Assembly: GCF_055900595.2 (NCBI RefSeq)
Contig: NZ_CM148325.1
Strand: one strand, 5' to 3'
Length of the DNA stretch: 64,000 nt
Part shown: positions 1 through 9,614 of the stretch, piece after piece
How positions within the stretch are numbered: the stretch's first letter is position 1
Layout of the letters: each line of letters opens with the position of its first letter
Translations under genes and position numbers: made by a program
The notes under the pieces: generated by a model
Told to the model about the DNA's origin: nothing
Seen by the model: only the letters and a program-made list of their open reading frames with translations
Database searches by the model: none

Positions 1-149
1 CAAATTTAAAAGAAATTGCGGCAAAGTCAATACTTACAGATACAACGGTTTCAATTCCGATAACTGCCAGTTACTACGTCTACGATACAAATAAAATTAA
101 ATCTGGCGCACTGGAGGCAACCGCATTAATCAACGTGAAATACGACTAA
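1..149 (+). CDS. 3' end of a fimbrial-type protein gene (partial, start lies before the window); C-terminus ...TALINVKYD
   Basis: Open frame from window start to TAA at 147-149; position convergent with rcnB matches the yehA end of the yehDCBA fimbrial operon by synteny (inference). Confidence 0.45.
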   Translation, partial: NLKEIAAKSILTDTTVSIPITASYYVYDTNKIKSGALEATALINVKYD

Positions 150-205
150 TAACAAGCAAGACGAGCAAGTGGCTAATAATAAAAAATAACAAGGTGTCTG
201 CATTT

Positions 206-232
206 CCCCCTCATGATGAGGGGGCTTTTTTT
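206..232 (+). terminator. Rho-independent terminator between convergent fimbrial gene and rcnB
   Basis: Perfect palindrome ccccctcatgatgaggggg (206-224) followed by T-run 226-232. Confidence 0.6.
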
Positions 233-569
233 AGCGATGATAAAAAATCTCACCATCGTAGGCTTTAATGATTTTACCGTCGGTGTCGCTGATCAACACA
301 TACGCGCCACCCATATAGGTCCAGTGCGTCCCGGCATCAGGCGCGGGCAGGTTACGTAACTGCCACTGCTTAATGTTGTACTCATCGGTGCGGTACATCT
401 CTGGGACGGTATCGCCTGGTTTGAAATGCTTAAAGTCAGCAATGAAACTGCTTAACTCATACTTAGAAATTCCCGAGGTATTGGTCGAACCCGCGGTGGC
501 TGGTGCGGCCCAGGCGGCACTGGTAACCAGCAAAAGCGCACCCAGCAACATCTTATTTTTAATGGTCAT
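231..569 (-). CDS. rcnB: RcnB, periplasmic protein modulating Ni/Co efflux (112 aa)
   Basis: Internal ATG of ORF 231..749; product MTIKNKMLLGALLLVTSAAWA... has a signal peptide and matches recalled RcnB (YohN); sits immediately downstream of rcnA. Confidence 0.85.
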   Translation of the reverse strand: MTIKNKMLLGALLLVTSAAWAAPATAGSTNTSGISKYELSSFIADFKHFKPGDTVPEMYRTDEYNIKQWQLRNLPAPDAGTHWTYMGGAYVLISDTDGKIIKAYDGEIFYHR

Positions 570-773
570 ATACTCTCCACTTTGGGGATCTGTAATATCA
601 GTCGCATATCTTTCCTGCCATACAATATAACTGACAAGCGATATTTTGTTAGTGATCCCATGATTTCGTAAAAAGTGTAAATGAAAGGATGCCCTAAAAG
701 CATCCTTAGCGAGCAGAGAGCCAGCGGAAATAGCTGATTTAAGAATCATCCTGGGCTGAAGATAACATGCAGC

Positions 774-1595
774 CTATCGCATAATGCCCATAAAGCCATG
801 CACGCCCATATACACCCCAACTAAGCCAATCAACAGACTGGAAAAATAGGGGGCACGTTTAGCGAGAGTGTTAAATCCGCTCCAGCGTTTTGCGACCTGC
901 TGAACGCTGATTGCTGCGCCAACGCCTACGGTGACTAGCGTTAACGCCAGGCCAATGCTGAAACTGACGACCAGTGTTGCGCCTAGTGTCAGGGCTTTCA
1001 ACTGAATACAAATCAACAGCACGGTAATTGCTGCCGGGCAGGGGATCAGTCCACCTGTTAACCCAAACAATAAAATTTGCCAGTTGGTCACTTCTCTGCC
1101 ATTGAAGCGTCGTTTGATGTCATTGGCATGGGCTCGTGCATGAGCATCCTGATACTCCCCATGTTCGTGATGGTGATGATGTCCATGGTCGTGGTGATCT
1201 TCGTGATCGTGATGATACTCATGATCATGCCCGTGCATATTCTCCAGCCAGTTACGTTCGCCGCGCCAGGTACGCCAGAACATCCAGAACGCGGTGCCAA
1301 TAATGATCACCGCGGAAATCAACTGGAGCCACGGTTCTGCAGATTGAGCAGTAAAACGTTTGCTGATCACCATCCCGCCAAAGGCAATCAACCAGACCAC
1401 CGCGGTATGCGAAATGGTTGCTGCCAGTCCGAGCATCACCGCCTGTTTAATGGTGCCTTTGATGGCGATGATAAACGCCGCCATCATCGTTTTTGAGTGC
1501 CCTGGTTCCAGGCCATGAAGCGCACCAAGTAAGATGGCGCTGGGAATGAAGAACCAGGCGTTTCCTTGCTGAAGAAGAGTGGTAAATTCAGTCAT
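774..1595 (-). CDS. rcnA: RcnA nickel/cobalt efflux permease with His-rich loop
   Basis: 273-aa membrane protein with loop HGHDHEYHHDHEDHHDHGHHHHHEHG; divergent from rcnR. Confidence 0.93.
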   Translation of the reverse strand: MTEFTTLLQQGNAWFFIPSAILLGALHGLEPGHSKTMMAAFIIAIKGTIKQAVMLGLAATISHTAVVWLIAFGGMVISKRFTAQSAEPWLQLISAVIIIGTAFWMFWRTWRGERNWLENMHGHDHEYHHDHEDHHDHGHHHHHEHGEYQDAHARAHANDIKRRFNGREVTNWQILLFGLTGGLIPCPAAITVLLICIQLKALTLGATLVVSFSIGLALTLVTVGVGAAISVQQVAKRWSGFNTLAKRAPYFSSLLIGLVGVYMGVHGFMGIMR

Positions 1596-1632
1596 GATAA
1601 TAATTCTTAGTATTAATTCGACAATCTGATTC

Positions 1633-1667
1633 TACTCCCCCCCAGTACATGATACTACCCCCCAGTA
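1633..1667. promoter_or_regulatory. RcnR operator: two TACT-C6/7-AGTA sites in the rcnR-rcnA divergent promoter region
   Basis: tactcccccccagta at 1633-1647 and tactaccccccagta at 1653-1667; matches the known RcnR recognition pattern TACT-G6-N-AGTA read on the other strand. Confidence 0.8.
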
Positions 1668-1715
1668 GATTAATAGTGCTATGATTTTTCATGTTCTTGT
1701 TAACCAGGTGTTGCC

Positions 1716-1988
1716 ATGTCTCATACAATCCGTGATAAACAGAAACTGAAAGCGCGTGCCAGTAAGATTCAGGGCCAGGTCGTGGCGCTCAAGAAAATGC
1801 TCGACGAGCCGCACGAATGCGCAGCTGTTCTACAACAGATTGCTGCTATCCGTGGCGCGGTAAACGGCCTGATGCGCGAAGTGATTAAGGGGCATCTGAC
1901 GGAACACATCGTTCACCAGGGGGATGAGCTAAAACGTGAAGAAGATCTGGATGTCGTTCTGAAGGTGCTGGATTCTTATATCAAATGA
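1716..1988 (+). CDS. rcnR: RcnR, Ni/Co-responsive transcriptional repressor (CsoR/RcnR family, 90 aa)
   Basis: 90-aa [32 protein letters not shown]...; divergent from rcnA. Confidence 0.93.
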
Positions 1989-2058
1989 AAGTGCCTAATA
2001 TGGCCGTAGTTGAGGCAATAAATAGAGGGACAAGTGACGTTAAGCTGAATTAGAGTAA

Positions 2059-2082
2059 ATGGCGTGAGGACACACGCCATTC
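2059..2082. terminator. Hairpin (9-bp perfect stem aatggcgtg/cacgccatt) between rcnR and the island ORFs; possible bidirectional terminator
   Basis: Inverted repeat read directly from sequence; flanking T/A-rich tracts. Confidence 0.4.
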
Positions 2083-2097
2083 GAGGATATAGTTTGA

Positions 2098-2412
2098 TTA
2101 ATTTTCGAAAAATTGCTTCACAGCCCAGCCACCATGACCACCTGGAGTTATGAATGAAACAAAACCTTTGTCATCGACGCTCTGGATTTCTACTGTCATT
2201 GATTCATCTAACACGCGACATTTATTGGATGTAATGAGACTCAGCATAGCCTGTTGGTCATTGTCCTGAATGTAACTGATCATCTCGTAAAAGTCAGTTA
2301 ACTTTTTACAGTTAAATGTACCTTCTTTAAGTGTTGCGCTGTCTCCGTGACTTAGTGCGAATGCATTTGGCATCATTGCCACAAAGATGACGGTAACGAG
2401 TAGTTTTTTCAT
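2098..2412 (-). CDS. Hypothetical small secreted protein (104 aa, N-terminal signal peptide, 2 Cys in mature part)
   Basis: ORF MKKLLVTVIFVAMMPNAFALSHG...; AT-rich context; no recognised family. Confidence 0.6.
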   Translation of the reverse strand: MKKLLVTVIFVAMMPNAFALSHGDSATLKEGTFNCKKLTDFYEMISYIQDNDQQAMLSLITSNKCRVLDESMTVEIQSVDDKGFVSFITPGGHGGWAVKQFFEN

Positions 2413-2421
2413 TGTAGCCTC

Positions 2422-2769
2422 TTATAATTCAGAACATTCACTGATGTTGTAAGTGCCTTTTCTACCATCATCGTTTACGAGATGTAGCACGAAGATGATG
2501 GGATTGGCATCAATGAAAGATACAGAGACGTTCCCGCTTTCGGTGCTATACATCTTTGCAATCTGTTTTTCACCAATATATGAAAGATCCCAACTCACTC
2601 CGTTCAAGCTAAAATGCATCTGTTTGCCGTCAATATCGATGGAGGATTGTGCCGTAACGGTTTTCCCATTGCTGCCAATTTGACCCTGCTGAAGAGCATC
2701 ACATTTATAGGAGCTTGCATAAGTAAATAGAGGTAGTAGCAGAAGTGCAGCAAAAATTTTACTCTTCAT
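2422..2769 (-). CDS. Hypothetical small secreted protein (115 aa, signal peptide, 2 Cys)
   Basis: ORF MKSKIFAALLLLPLFTYASSYKC...; 10 bp upstream of the 104-aa ORF, likely co-transcribed. Confidence 0.6.
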   Translation of the reverse strand: MKSKIFAALLLLPLFTYASSYKCDALQQGQIGSNGKTVTAQSSIDIDGKQMHFSLNGVSWDLSYIGEKQIAKMYSTESGNVSVSFIDANPIIFVLHLVNDDGRKGTYNISECSEL

Positions 2770-3137
2770 ATTTTCCCTTTGCTTGGATTTGAGTTACCTA
2801 TTTTGGGGTAGTCATTATAAAACTATTAATTAGTAAAATGAACAAGTTTTCATTTGTTTAGTAATGGTATTGTTTAGGTTTGAAATTATTACGTACTTTC
2901 ATAGCAATAGGTTGGATAAACAGCAGTTCAGGGAACAAGTTGCACTATCTACATACTTTCCCGCTTTCCATTGTATGTTAGGTAATAGATAGCCTTTGCC
3001 CGTAAGACTAAAAATATTAGAAATGACTCATTCGAATACCTTCTATTCACCTTAATATAGGTTTGATTATTGTAATCGTTTAATGTGTCTTATGGATTTT
3101 TTCCTACTTTTCATTTGCATAATATAGGGGGCACAGC

Positions 3138-3257
3138 ATGCTCTTGAAATTAATTATTAAGATATTTAAATTTTACAGCACACAACTACTTTTCGTTGTC
3201 TTATGTGTTGAACGTACTTCGAGTATAGGTAGGGTTGTATATATATTGCGTGGGTAG
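3138..3257 (+). CDS. Candidate small hydrophobic peptide (39 aa, MLLKLIIKIFKFYSTQLLFVVLCVERTSSIGRVVYILRG)
   Basis: ATG preceded by aggggg about 8 nt upstream; very short, so coding status is uncertain. Confidence 0.2.
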   Translation: MLLKLIIKIFKFYSTQLLFVVLCVERTSSIGRVVYILRG

Positions 3258-3354
3258 AGTTAGAATAGAGGAGGCATCATTTATAGAATATTCAAGAACG
3301 TTAACCTGTGATCAATAAATAAAAATATCAAATGGTGTTCAAACATATTTTTCT

Positions 3355-3686
3355 ATGAAAAATCCAGCCATCTATGATGAATTTTTAGATCCATTTTAAT
3401 TAAAGTATGATTATGAACCAATATTTAGCCAAGAATGGTGGTATAGCGCGTATCCAATGACACCGGAAAACGCATCTATGAAGTCCTTGTTTATCTCTAT
3501 AAGAGGAAATCAACACTAATAAAATATAGTGATGTAACACATCGAGCAGGTTGCTCTGATGCTGGTCTTCAACTGTGGCTTAAACAGCTATCAAACTTCG
3601 GTGTTATTGAGATGAAAGAATTATCTTTCTCAACTTTCAATCTCAAAAAGCTAGAGGAAATAGACCTTAATTATTCCACTCTCTAA
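3355..3686 (+). pseudogene. Possible degraded gene: three consecutive +1-shifted open frames (MKNPAIYDEFLDPF / MIMNQYLAKNGGIARIQ / ...KRIYEVLVYLYKRKSTLIKYSDVTHRAGCSDAGLQLWLKQLSNFGVIEMKELSFSTFNLKKLEEIDLNYSTL)
   Basis: An ~80-codon stop-free frame in ~30% GC DNA lacking an ATG near its 5' end, preceded by two short ATG-initiated frames. Confidence 0.25.
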
Positions 3687-3822
3687 ACTTATCTCTTTAT
3701 TTAAAGTAAAAATGAAAATATTATGGTATCAGCTACGTGGTGGTAACTGGTGTTTATGATCATAGGTACACATATACAGGGAACCCTGGAAAACAAAAGT
3801 AATATATTGATGATTTCGTTTG

Positions 3823-4062
3823 TTATAACTTCGTGGTATCAAGTCCGGCGGCTTTGAGTCGCTCGGTAAGATTTCTCATTTTGCTGAACTCTGTACCAAA
3901 GCTGGCTTTAAGTCCTACACCTTCGCAAAACTCTTTTGCCGTGACGTTTTTAAGATGGTCAGCGTATTTGATCATCTGGAGGTGCATTTCCATCGTTTGG
4001 CTATTTCGTGGTGCGCTGCTAATGGCTTGCTTAATGTTCTCGTAGATCTGGGTTTCTGTCAT
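3823..4062 (-). CDS. Hypothetical protein (79 aa), family not recognised
   Basis: ORF MTETQIYENIKQAISSAPRNSQTMEMHLQMIKYADHLKNVTAKEF...; in AT-rich island. Confidence 0.5.
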   Translation of the reverse strand: MTETQIYENIKQAISSAPRNSQTMEMHLQMIKYADHLKNVTAKEFCEGVGLKASFGTEFSKMRNLTERLKAAGLDTTKL

Positions 4063-4282
4063 TTTTTATCTCACCTATCAAATTTAGATAAATAATATAA
4101 ATTAGATAAATAAGATAATCAATAGTTTTTACCATATGAATAATGGATGTGGATTGTTTCTTTTTCATTTCTGATATGGAGTACAAAATGGGGTCACAAT
4201 GAAGAAGCGATGAATGGAGGCGAGCTTGCATCTGCAAGCCTCTTCCCCTAATCTGGCACAAAATATAGAGATTCAACCAAAC

Positions 4283-4400
4283 GACTCGGGGTGCCCTTCT
4301 GCGTGAAGGCTGAGAAATACCCGTATCACCTGATCTGGATAATGCCAGCGTAGGGAAGTCACGGACCACCAGGTCATTGCTTCTTCACGTTATGGCAGGA
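4283..4400 (+). promoter_or_regulatory. TPP (THI-box) riboswitch in the thiM 5' leader
   Basis: Sequence ggggtgcccttctgcgtgaaggctgagaaatacccgtatcacctgatctggataatgccagcgtagggaa matches the classic thiM thiamine-pyrophosphate aptamer; directly upstream of thiM start. Confidence 0.92.
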
Positions 4401-4407
4401 GCAAACT

Positions 4408-5196
4408 ATGCAAGTCGACCTGCTGAGTTCCGCGCAATCTGCGCACGCGTTACACCTTTTTCACCAACATTCCCCTCTTGTGCATTGCATGACCAATGAT
4501 GTGGTGCAAACCTTTACTGCCAATACCTTGCTGGCGCTCGGTGCATCGCCAGCGATGGTTATCGAAACCGAAGAAGCCAGTCAGTTTGCGGCTATCGCCA
4601 GTGCCTTGCTAATTAACGTCGGCACGCTGACGCAGCCACGCGCACAGGCGATGCGTGCTGCCGTTGAACAGGCAACACACTCTCAAACCCCCTGGACGCT
4701 TGATCCGGTCGCGGTTGGCGCACTCGATTATCGTCGCCGTTTTTGTCATGAACTTTTATCTTTTAAACCGGCAGCGATACGTGGTAATGCTTCGGAAATC
4801 ATGGCATTAGCTGGCGTTGCTAATGGTGGACGGGGAGTGGACACCACTGACGCCGCAGCTAATGCGATACCCGCTGCACAAACACTGGCACGGGAAACTG
4901 GCGCAATCGTCGTGGTCACAGGCGAGGTGGATTATGTTACCGATGGTCGTCGCACCGTTGGCATTCACGGCGGCAATCCGTTAATGACCAAAGTGGTAGG
5001 AACTGGCTGTGCATTATCGGCAGTTGTCGCTGCCTGTTGTGCATTACCTGGCGATATGCTGGAAAATATCGCATCTGCCTGTCACTGGATGAAACAAGCC
5101 GGAGAACGCGCCGTCGCCAGAAGTGAAGGGCCTGGCAGTTTTGTTCCCCATTTTCTTGATGCGCTCTGGCAATTGACGCAGGAGGTGCAGGCGTGA
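4408..5196 (+). CDS. thiM: Hydroxyethylthiazole kinase
   Basis: 262-aa ORF; downstream of TPP riboswitch; overlaps thiD start. Confidence 0.95.
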   Translation: MQVDLLSSAQSAHALHLFHQHSPLVHCMTNDVVQTFTANTLLALGASPAMVIETEEASQFAAIASALLINVGTLTQPRAQAMRAAVEQATHSQTPWTLDPVAVGALDYRRRFCHELLSFKPAAIRGNASEIMALAGVANGGRGVDTTDAAANAIPAAQTLARETGAIVVVTGEVDYVTDGRRTVGIHGGNPLMTKVVGTGCALSAVVAACCALPGDMLENIASACHWMKQAGERAVARSEGPGSFVPHFLDALWQLTQEVQA

Positions 5197-5993
5197 AACG
5201 AATTAACGCTCTGACAATTGCAGGCACTGATCCCAGTGGTGGCGCAGGAATTCAGGCAGATCTCAAAACGTTCTCGGCACTTGGCGCTTATGGTTGCTCA
5301 GTGATTACTGCACTGGTGGCGCAAAATACCCGTGGCGTACAGTCGGTGTATCGCATTGAGCCTGATTTTGTCGCCGCCCAGCTCGATTCGGTGTTCAGCG
5401 ATGTGCGAATCGATACCACTAAAATCGGTATGTTGGCGGAAACTGATATTGTTGAAGCGGTGGCAGAACGGTTGCAACGTTATCAGATCCAAAACGTGGT
5501 GCTCGACACCGTTATGCTGGCAAAAAGCGGCGACCCGCTGCTTTCACCTTCGGCGGTTGCTACGCTGCGCAGTCGATTATTGCCACAGGTTTCATTAATA
5601 ACGCCAAACTTGCCCGAAGCAGCCGCCTTGCTCGACGCGCCACACGCGCGCAACGAACAGGAAATGCTGGAACAAGGGCGATCGCTGTTGGCGATGGGCT
5701 GTGGCGCAGTGCTAATGAAAGGTGGTCATCTGGATGATGAGCAAAGCCCGGACTGGCTGTTTACCCGCGAGGGTGAACAACGGTTTACCGCACCGCGCAT
5801 TATGACCCAAAACACCCACGGCACTGGTTGTACGCTCTCTGCGGCGTTGGCTGCACTGCGCCCGCGCCATACAAACTGGGCTGACACCGTACAGGAGGCA
5901 AAAAGCTGGCTTTCATCGGCATTAGCCCAGGCCGACACGCTGGAAGTTGGTCACGGTATTGGTCCGGTTCACCACTTCCACGCCTGGTGGTGA
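5193..5993 (+). CDS. thiD: Hydroxymethylpyrimidine/phosphomethylpyrimidine kinase (GTG start overlapping thiM stop)
   Basis: 266-aa [29 protein letters not shown]... Confidence 0.95.
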   Translation: MKRINALTIAGTDPSGGAGIQADLKTFSALGAYGCSVITALVAQNTRGVQSVYRIEPDFVAAQLDSVFSDVRIDTTKIGMLAETDIVEAVAERLQRYQIQNVVLDTVMLAKSGDPLLSPSAVATLRSRLLPQVSLITPNLPEAAALLDAPHARNEQEMLEQGRSLLAMGCGAVLMKGGHLDDEQSPDWLFTREGEQRFTAPRIMTQNTHGTGCTLSAALAALRPRHTNWADTVQEAKSWLSSALAQADTLEVGHGIGPVHHFHAWW

Positions 5994-6057
5994 GCACCGT
6001 ACTATAGCTGCTTTGGTTATTGTCAGTCTTTGGCGCTGACATTCAGGGATGAAACCA

Positions 6058-6876
6058 ATGCAGCTGAGCATCACCAGTCGAAAAAAATTCACCGCTTTAT
6101 TATGCGCTCTTGGGCTAATTTCCATCGTTGCAATTTATCCGCGTCAGACGGTGAATTTTTTCTACTCGACAGCAATTCAGATTAAAGACTACATCCACTT
6201 CTACGGTTATCGTCCGGTCAAATCTTTTGCTATTCGCATTCCTGCCAGTTACACCATTCATGGTATTGATGTTTCACGCTGGCAGGAGCGAATCGACTGG
6301 CAGCGGGTGGCAAAAATGCGCGATAACGGTATTCGCTTGCAATTTGCCTTTATCAAGGCGACGGAGGGCGAAAAGCTGGTGGACCCCTATTTTTCGCGTA
6401 ACTGGCAACTAAGCCGCGAAAATGGCCTGCTGCGCGGGGCGTATCATTAATTCTCCCCGTCGGTATCCGCTTCAGTTCAGGCGCGATTATTTCTGCAAAC
6501 GGTGGATTTCTCACAAGGCGATTTCCCTGCCGTGCTGGACGTAGAAGAACGGGGAAAATTATCGGCAAAAGAATTACGCAAGCGGGTAAGTCAGTGGCTA
6601 AAAATGGTCGAAAAACGCACGGGAAAAAAGCCGATTATTTACTCAGGAGCCGTTTTTTATCACACGAATCTGGCGGGCTATTTCAATGAATATCCGTGGT
6701 GGGTGGCTCACTACTATCAACGTCGTCCGGACAATGACGGAATGGCCTGGCGCTTCTGGCAGCATTCCGACCGTGGACAGGTAGATGGCATTAATGGTCC
6801 GGTGGATTTTAATGTGTTTAATGGCACGGTGGAGGAGTTGCAGGCATTCGTTGATGGGATTAAAGAAACGCCTTAA
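6058..6876 (+). pseudogene. yegX: yegX (GH25 lysozyme-like) interrupted by an in-frame TAA at 6448-6450
   Basis: ORFs 6049..6450 and 6502..6876 are in the same frame (distance 453 = 151 codons); combined length about 272 aa matches recalled intact YegX. Confidence 0.7.
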
Positions 6877-6927
6877 ATAAGAAGCAGTGATATACTCCCA
6901 CCAGACTCCCTGGCAGGAAAAAGACAA

Positions 6928-7674
6928 ATGGAACAAGCGCATACCCAGCTGATTGCCCAACTGAACGAACGTATTTTAGCGGCGGATAACACGCCGCTTT
7001 ATATTAAGTTTGCCGAAACGGTGAAAAATGCCGTGCGCAGCGGGGTGCTGGAACATGGCAATATTTTACCCGGCGAGCGCGATTTAAGTCAGTTAACCGG
7101 CGTTTCGCGTATTACGGTGCGCAAGGCGATGCAGGCGCTGGAAGAAGAGGGCGTGGTGACACGTTCGCGCGGCTACGGCACGCAGATTAATAACATCTTT
7201 GAATACTCGTTAAAAGAAGCGCGAGGATTTTCTCAGCAGGTGGTGTTGCGCGGGAAAAAGCCCGATACGCTATGGGTTAACAAGCGAGTGGTTAAATGCC
7301 CTGAAGAGGTGGCGCAGCAATTGGCGGTCGAAGCGGGTAGTGATGTCTTTTTGCTTAAGCGTATTCGCTATGTTGATGAAGAAGCGGTCTCTATTGAGGA
7401 GTCGTGGGTTCCGGCGCATTTAATTCATGATGTTGATGCCATCGGAATCTCTCTTTATGACTACTTCCGCAGTCAGCATATTTTTCCAAAGCGTACCCGT
7501 TCCCGCGTTAGCGCCCGGATGCCGGATGCCGAGTTTCAGTCACATATTCAATTAGATAGTAAAATACCGGTGCTGGTGATCAAGCAAGTGGCGCTTGACC
7601 AACAGCAACGGCCTATTGAGTACAGCATCAGCCACTGTCGCAGTGATCTATACGTTTTTGTGTGTGAGGAGTAG
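6928..7674 (+). CDS. yegW: GntR/HutC-family transcriptional regulator
   Basis: 248-aa ORF with N-terminal wHTH region (LPGERDLSQLTGVSRITVRKAMQAL) and UTRA-like C-terminus. Confidence 0.88.
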   Translation: MEQAHTQLIAQLNERILAADNTPLYIKFAETVKNAVRSGVLEHGNILPGERDLSQLTGVSRITVRKAMQALEEEGVVTRSRGYGTQINNIFEYSLKEARGFSQQVVLRGKKPDTLWVNKRVVKCPEEVAQQLAVEAGSDVFLLKRIRYVDEEAVSIEESWVPAHLIHDVDAIGISLYDYFRSQHIFPKRTRSRVSARMPDAEFQSHIQLDSKIPVLVIKQVALDQQQRPIEYSISHCRSDLYVFVCEE

Positions 7675-8613
7675 TTCCTCGCGGGTTGGCGCGCAATCAC
7701 CGCCGCGATGCCCGACAACCCACGACGCCACTGCATTGCCCAGCAATACGGCATCCGCCAGTGGCAAACCAGAGGCCAGTCCAGCTAATACGCCACCTGC
7801 ATGACTGTCGCCCGCCCCAATGGTGTCTACAACTTGCGTTGGAAATGCCGGGATGCAGCCAGAAGCGTTATTGCTGAAATACCATGCGCCTTCTTTATCC
7901 AGACGAACGATCAACGGCGCGGCAAATTTCTCCTGCCATTGCTTGCCAAGTGTTGTTATCTCTGCTGATAAAGCAAAACGTTCGGCGGCAATCTCACCCT
8001 CCTGACGATTGAGTGACACTAAAGGTCGACAGGCCATGATTCGCGCCAGTAATGCATCCGGGATATCGCCAATACGTGGGCCAAAATCGATGAACGGCGT
8101 CACGTCTTGCAGACTCTCCAGCCATTCCACTAACAATTCACCGCAGGGCGAGGCCAGTTGATAACCGGAAAAATAGAGCAGGCTGCCAGGGGCAACGGTT
8201 AATCGCGCCAACCATTCGCGATTCCACTGATTTTCAACACCACTGAACGACATAAACGTGCGTTCACCATCAGGCTCAACCAGCGCCAGACACCAGCCGT
8301 TATCGCCTTCGGCGTTATCGATGAGGCTGATTAATCCTTCTTTCGCCATCCGGTTACGAATAATTTCCGCCCACACACCCTGGCCGAGCGGCAGGGCATT
8401 ACCCGCTTCGATACCGAGGCGCTTTAACGCCACGGCAATATTCAGTGCACAGCCGCCAACGTTAACGCTCTGCTGTTTCAGTTCGATATCGCACCCGCGC
8501 CAGGGCAGGGCATAAGCGTCGGCGATCACATCAATGACTGCCGCGCCAATCACCATAACCGGCTGACGCGTGGTTAATTCAGGCAGCAGCGTGTGTAATC
8601 GAGCGCCGCTCAT
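7648..8613 (-). CDS. yegV: PfkB/ribokinase-family sugar or nucleoside kinase
   Basis: 321-aa ORF with GAGDSHAGG motif; 3' end overlaps yegW 3' end by 27 bp. Confidence 0.88.
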   Translation of the reverse strand: MSGARLHTLLPELTTRQPVMVIGAAVIDVIADAYALPWRGCDIELKQQSVNVGGCALNIAVALKRLGIEAGNALPLGQGVWAEIIRNRMAKEGLISLIDNAEGDNGWCLALVEPDGERTFMSFSGVENQWNREWLARLTVAPGSLLYFSGYQLASPCGELLVEWLESLQDVTPFIDFGPRIGDIPDALLARIMACRPLVSLNRQEGEIAAERFALSAEITTLGKQWQEKFAAPLIVRLDKEGAWYFSNNASGCIPAFPTQVVDTIGAGDSHAGGVLAGLASGLPLADAVLLGNAVASWVVGHRGGDCAPTREELLLTHKNV

Positions 8614-9614
8614 GCCGCCTCCCGTTGTTGACGATACTTCGCCAGCGCCGTGGCGTAATGATTAAAATCAAGCTGATTTACCGCATCCAGTTCCGCCTTT
8701 AACGCAGGATCGATAGCGTTAACGCCATGCAACGCGCCGCAAATTGCCGTCGCCATAGCACCGATGGTGTCTGTGTCACCGCCAAGATTGGCGCACAGAA
8801 TGGCGCAACGGTTCGGGTCGGTTTGTGCTAGTTCAACCAGCGCAATGGCGCACGGAACGGACTCAATAGTACTGGTACCTGCCCCAACCACCTGATACAG
8901 CTGTTCGCTGGCGGATTCGGTGCCGTCGGCATTGCGCACAATTTTCAGCGCAATCTCCAGACGTGCTGCCAGTGAGGCGCTGAAGGTAGTGATGCGTTTT
9001 TGCTGTGCATGTCGCGCAATTGAAGGCAGTGAATCAACAATCGCTGACCAGCTTTCTCCGTCAATGGCACGAGAAATCGCCCATGCGATGACTACCGCGC
9101 CTGCCACCGCCAGATCGGATTTATGAGTCGGGCTGGACGCCAGCGCTACATCATCAATAAAGGAATCAACATCACGCGCCGGAAGCAAACAACCTAATGG
9201 CGAGACGCGCATCGCTGCGCCGTTGGTCACGCCATTGTTTTCCAGTTCAGCAACGGGTTTACCGTCGCGAATGGCGTTGAGAGCAATCTTCGAGGTCGGA
9301 CCTAGTACGTTTTTGTTAAAGGCGTCGAAACGCAGCGCCCAGTCGAGAATATTACGCCCAATCAGATCCGGATCGATCTCGCCTTCACGTTCCAGTAACG
9401 CATCCGCCAGACACAGCGCCATTGAGGTATCGTCGGTGAATTCGGCGCGGTTAAAATAACAGGCCGCGTTATTCTCCTTTGGGCCAGGCAAAAAACGGTC
9501 AATCCAGCCAAAGTGTGCTTTGACGCGGGAGCGTGGCCAAAGCTCGGACGGCATCCCCATCGCATCCCCTAACGCCTGCCCGTAAAGAGCACCGAGAATA
9601 CGTTCTGTTTTCAT
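8610..9614 (-). CDS. yegU: ADP-ribosylglycohydrolase-family protein
   Basis: 334-aa ORF; overlaps yegV and yegT by 4 nt (operon). Confidence 0.88.
   Translation of the reverse strand: MKTERILGALYGQALGDAMGMPSELWPRSRVKAHFGWIDRFLPGPKENNAACYFNRAEFTDDTSMALCLADALLEREGEIDPDLIGRNILDWALRFDAFNKNVLGPTSKIALNAIRDGKPVAELENNGVTNGAAMRVSPLGCLLPARDVDSFIDDVALASSPTHKSDLAVAGAVVIAWAISRAIDGESWSAIVDSLPSIARHAQQKRITTFSASLAARLEIALKIVRNADGTESASEQLYQVVGAGTSTIESVPCAIALVELAQTDPNRCAILCANLGGDTDTIGAMATAICGALHGVNAIDPALKAELDAVNQLDFNHYATALAKYRQQREAA

Noticed and set aside
4031-4369. 112-aa minus-strand ORF overlapping the thiM TPP riboswitch
   Set aside because: Overlaps a well-defined riboswitch and promoter region; the translation is arginine-rich with no domain character.
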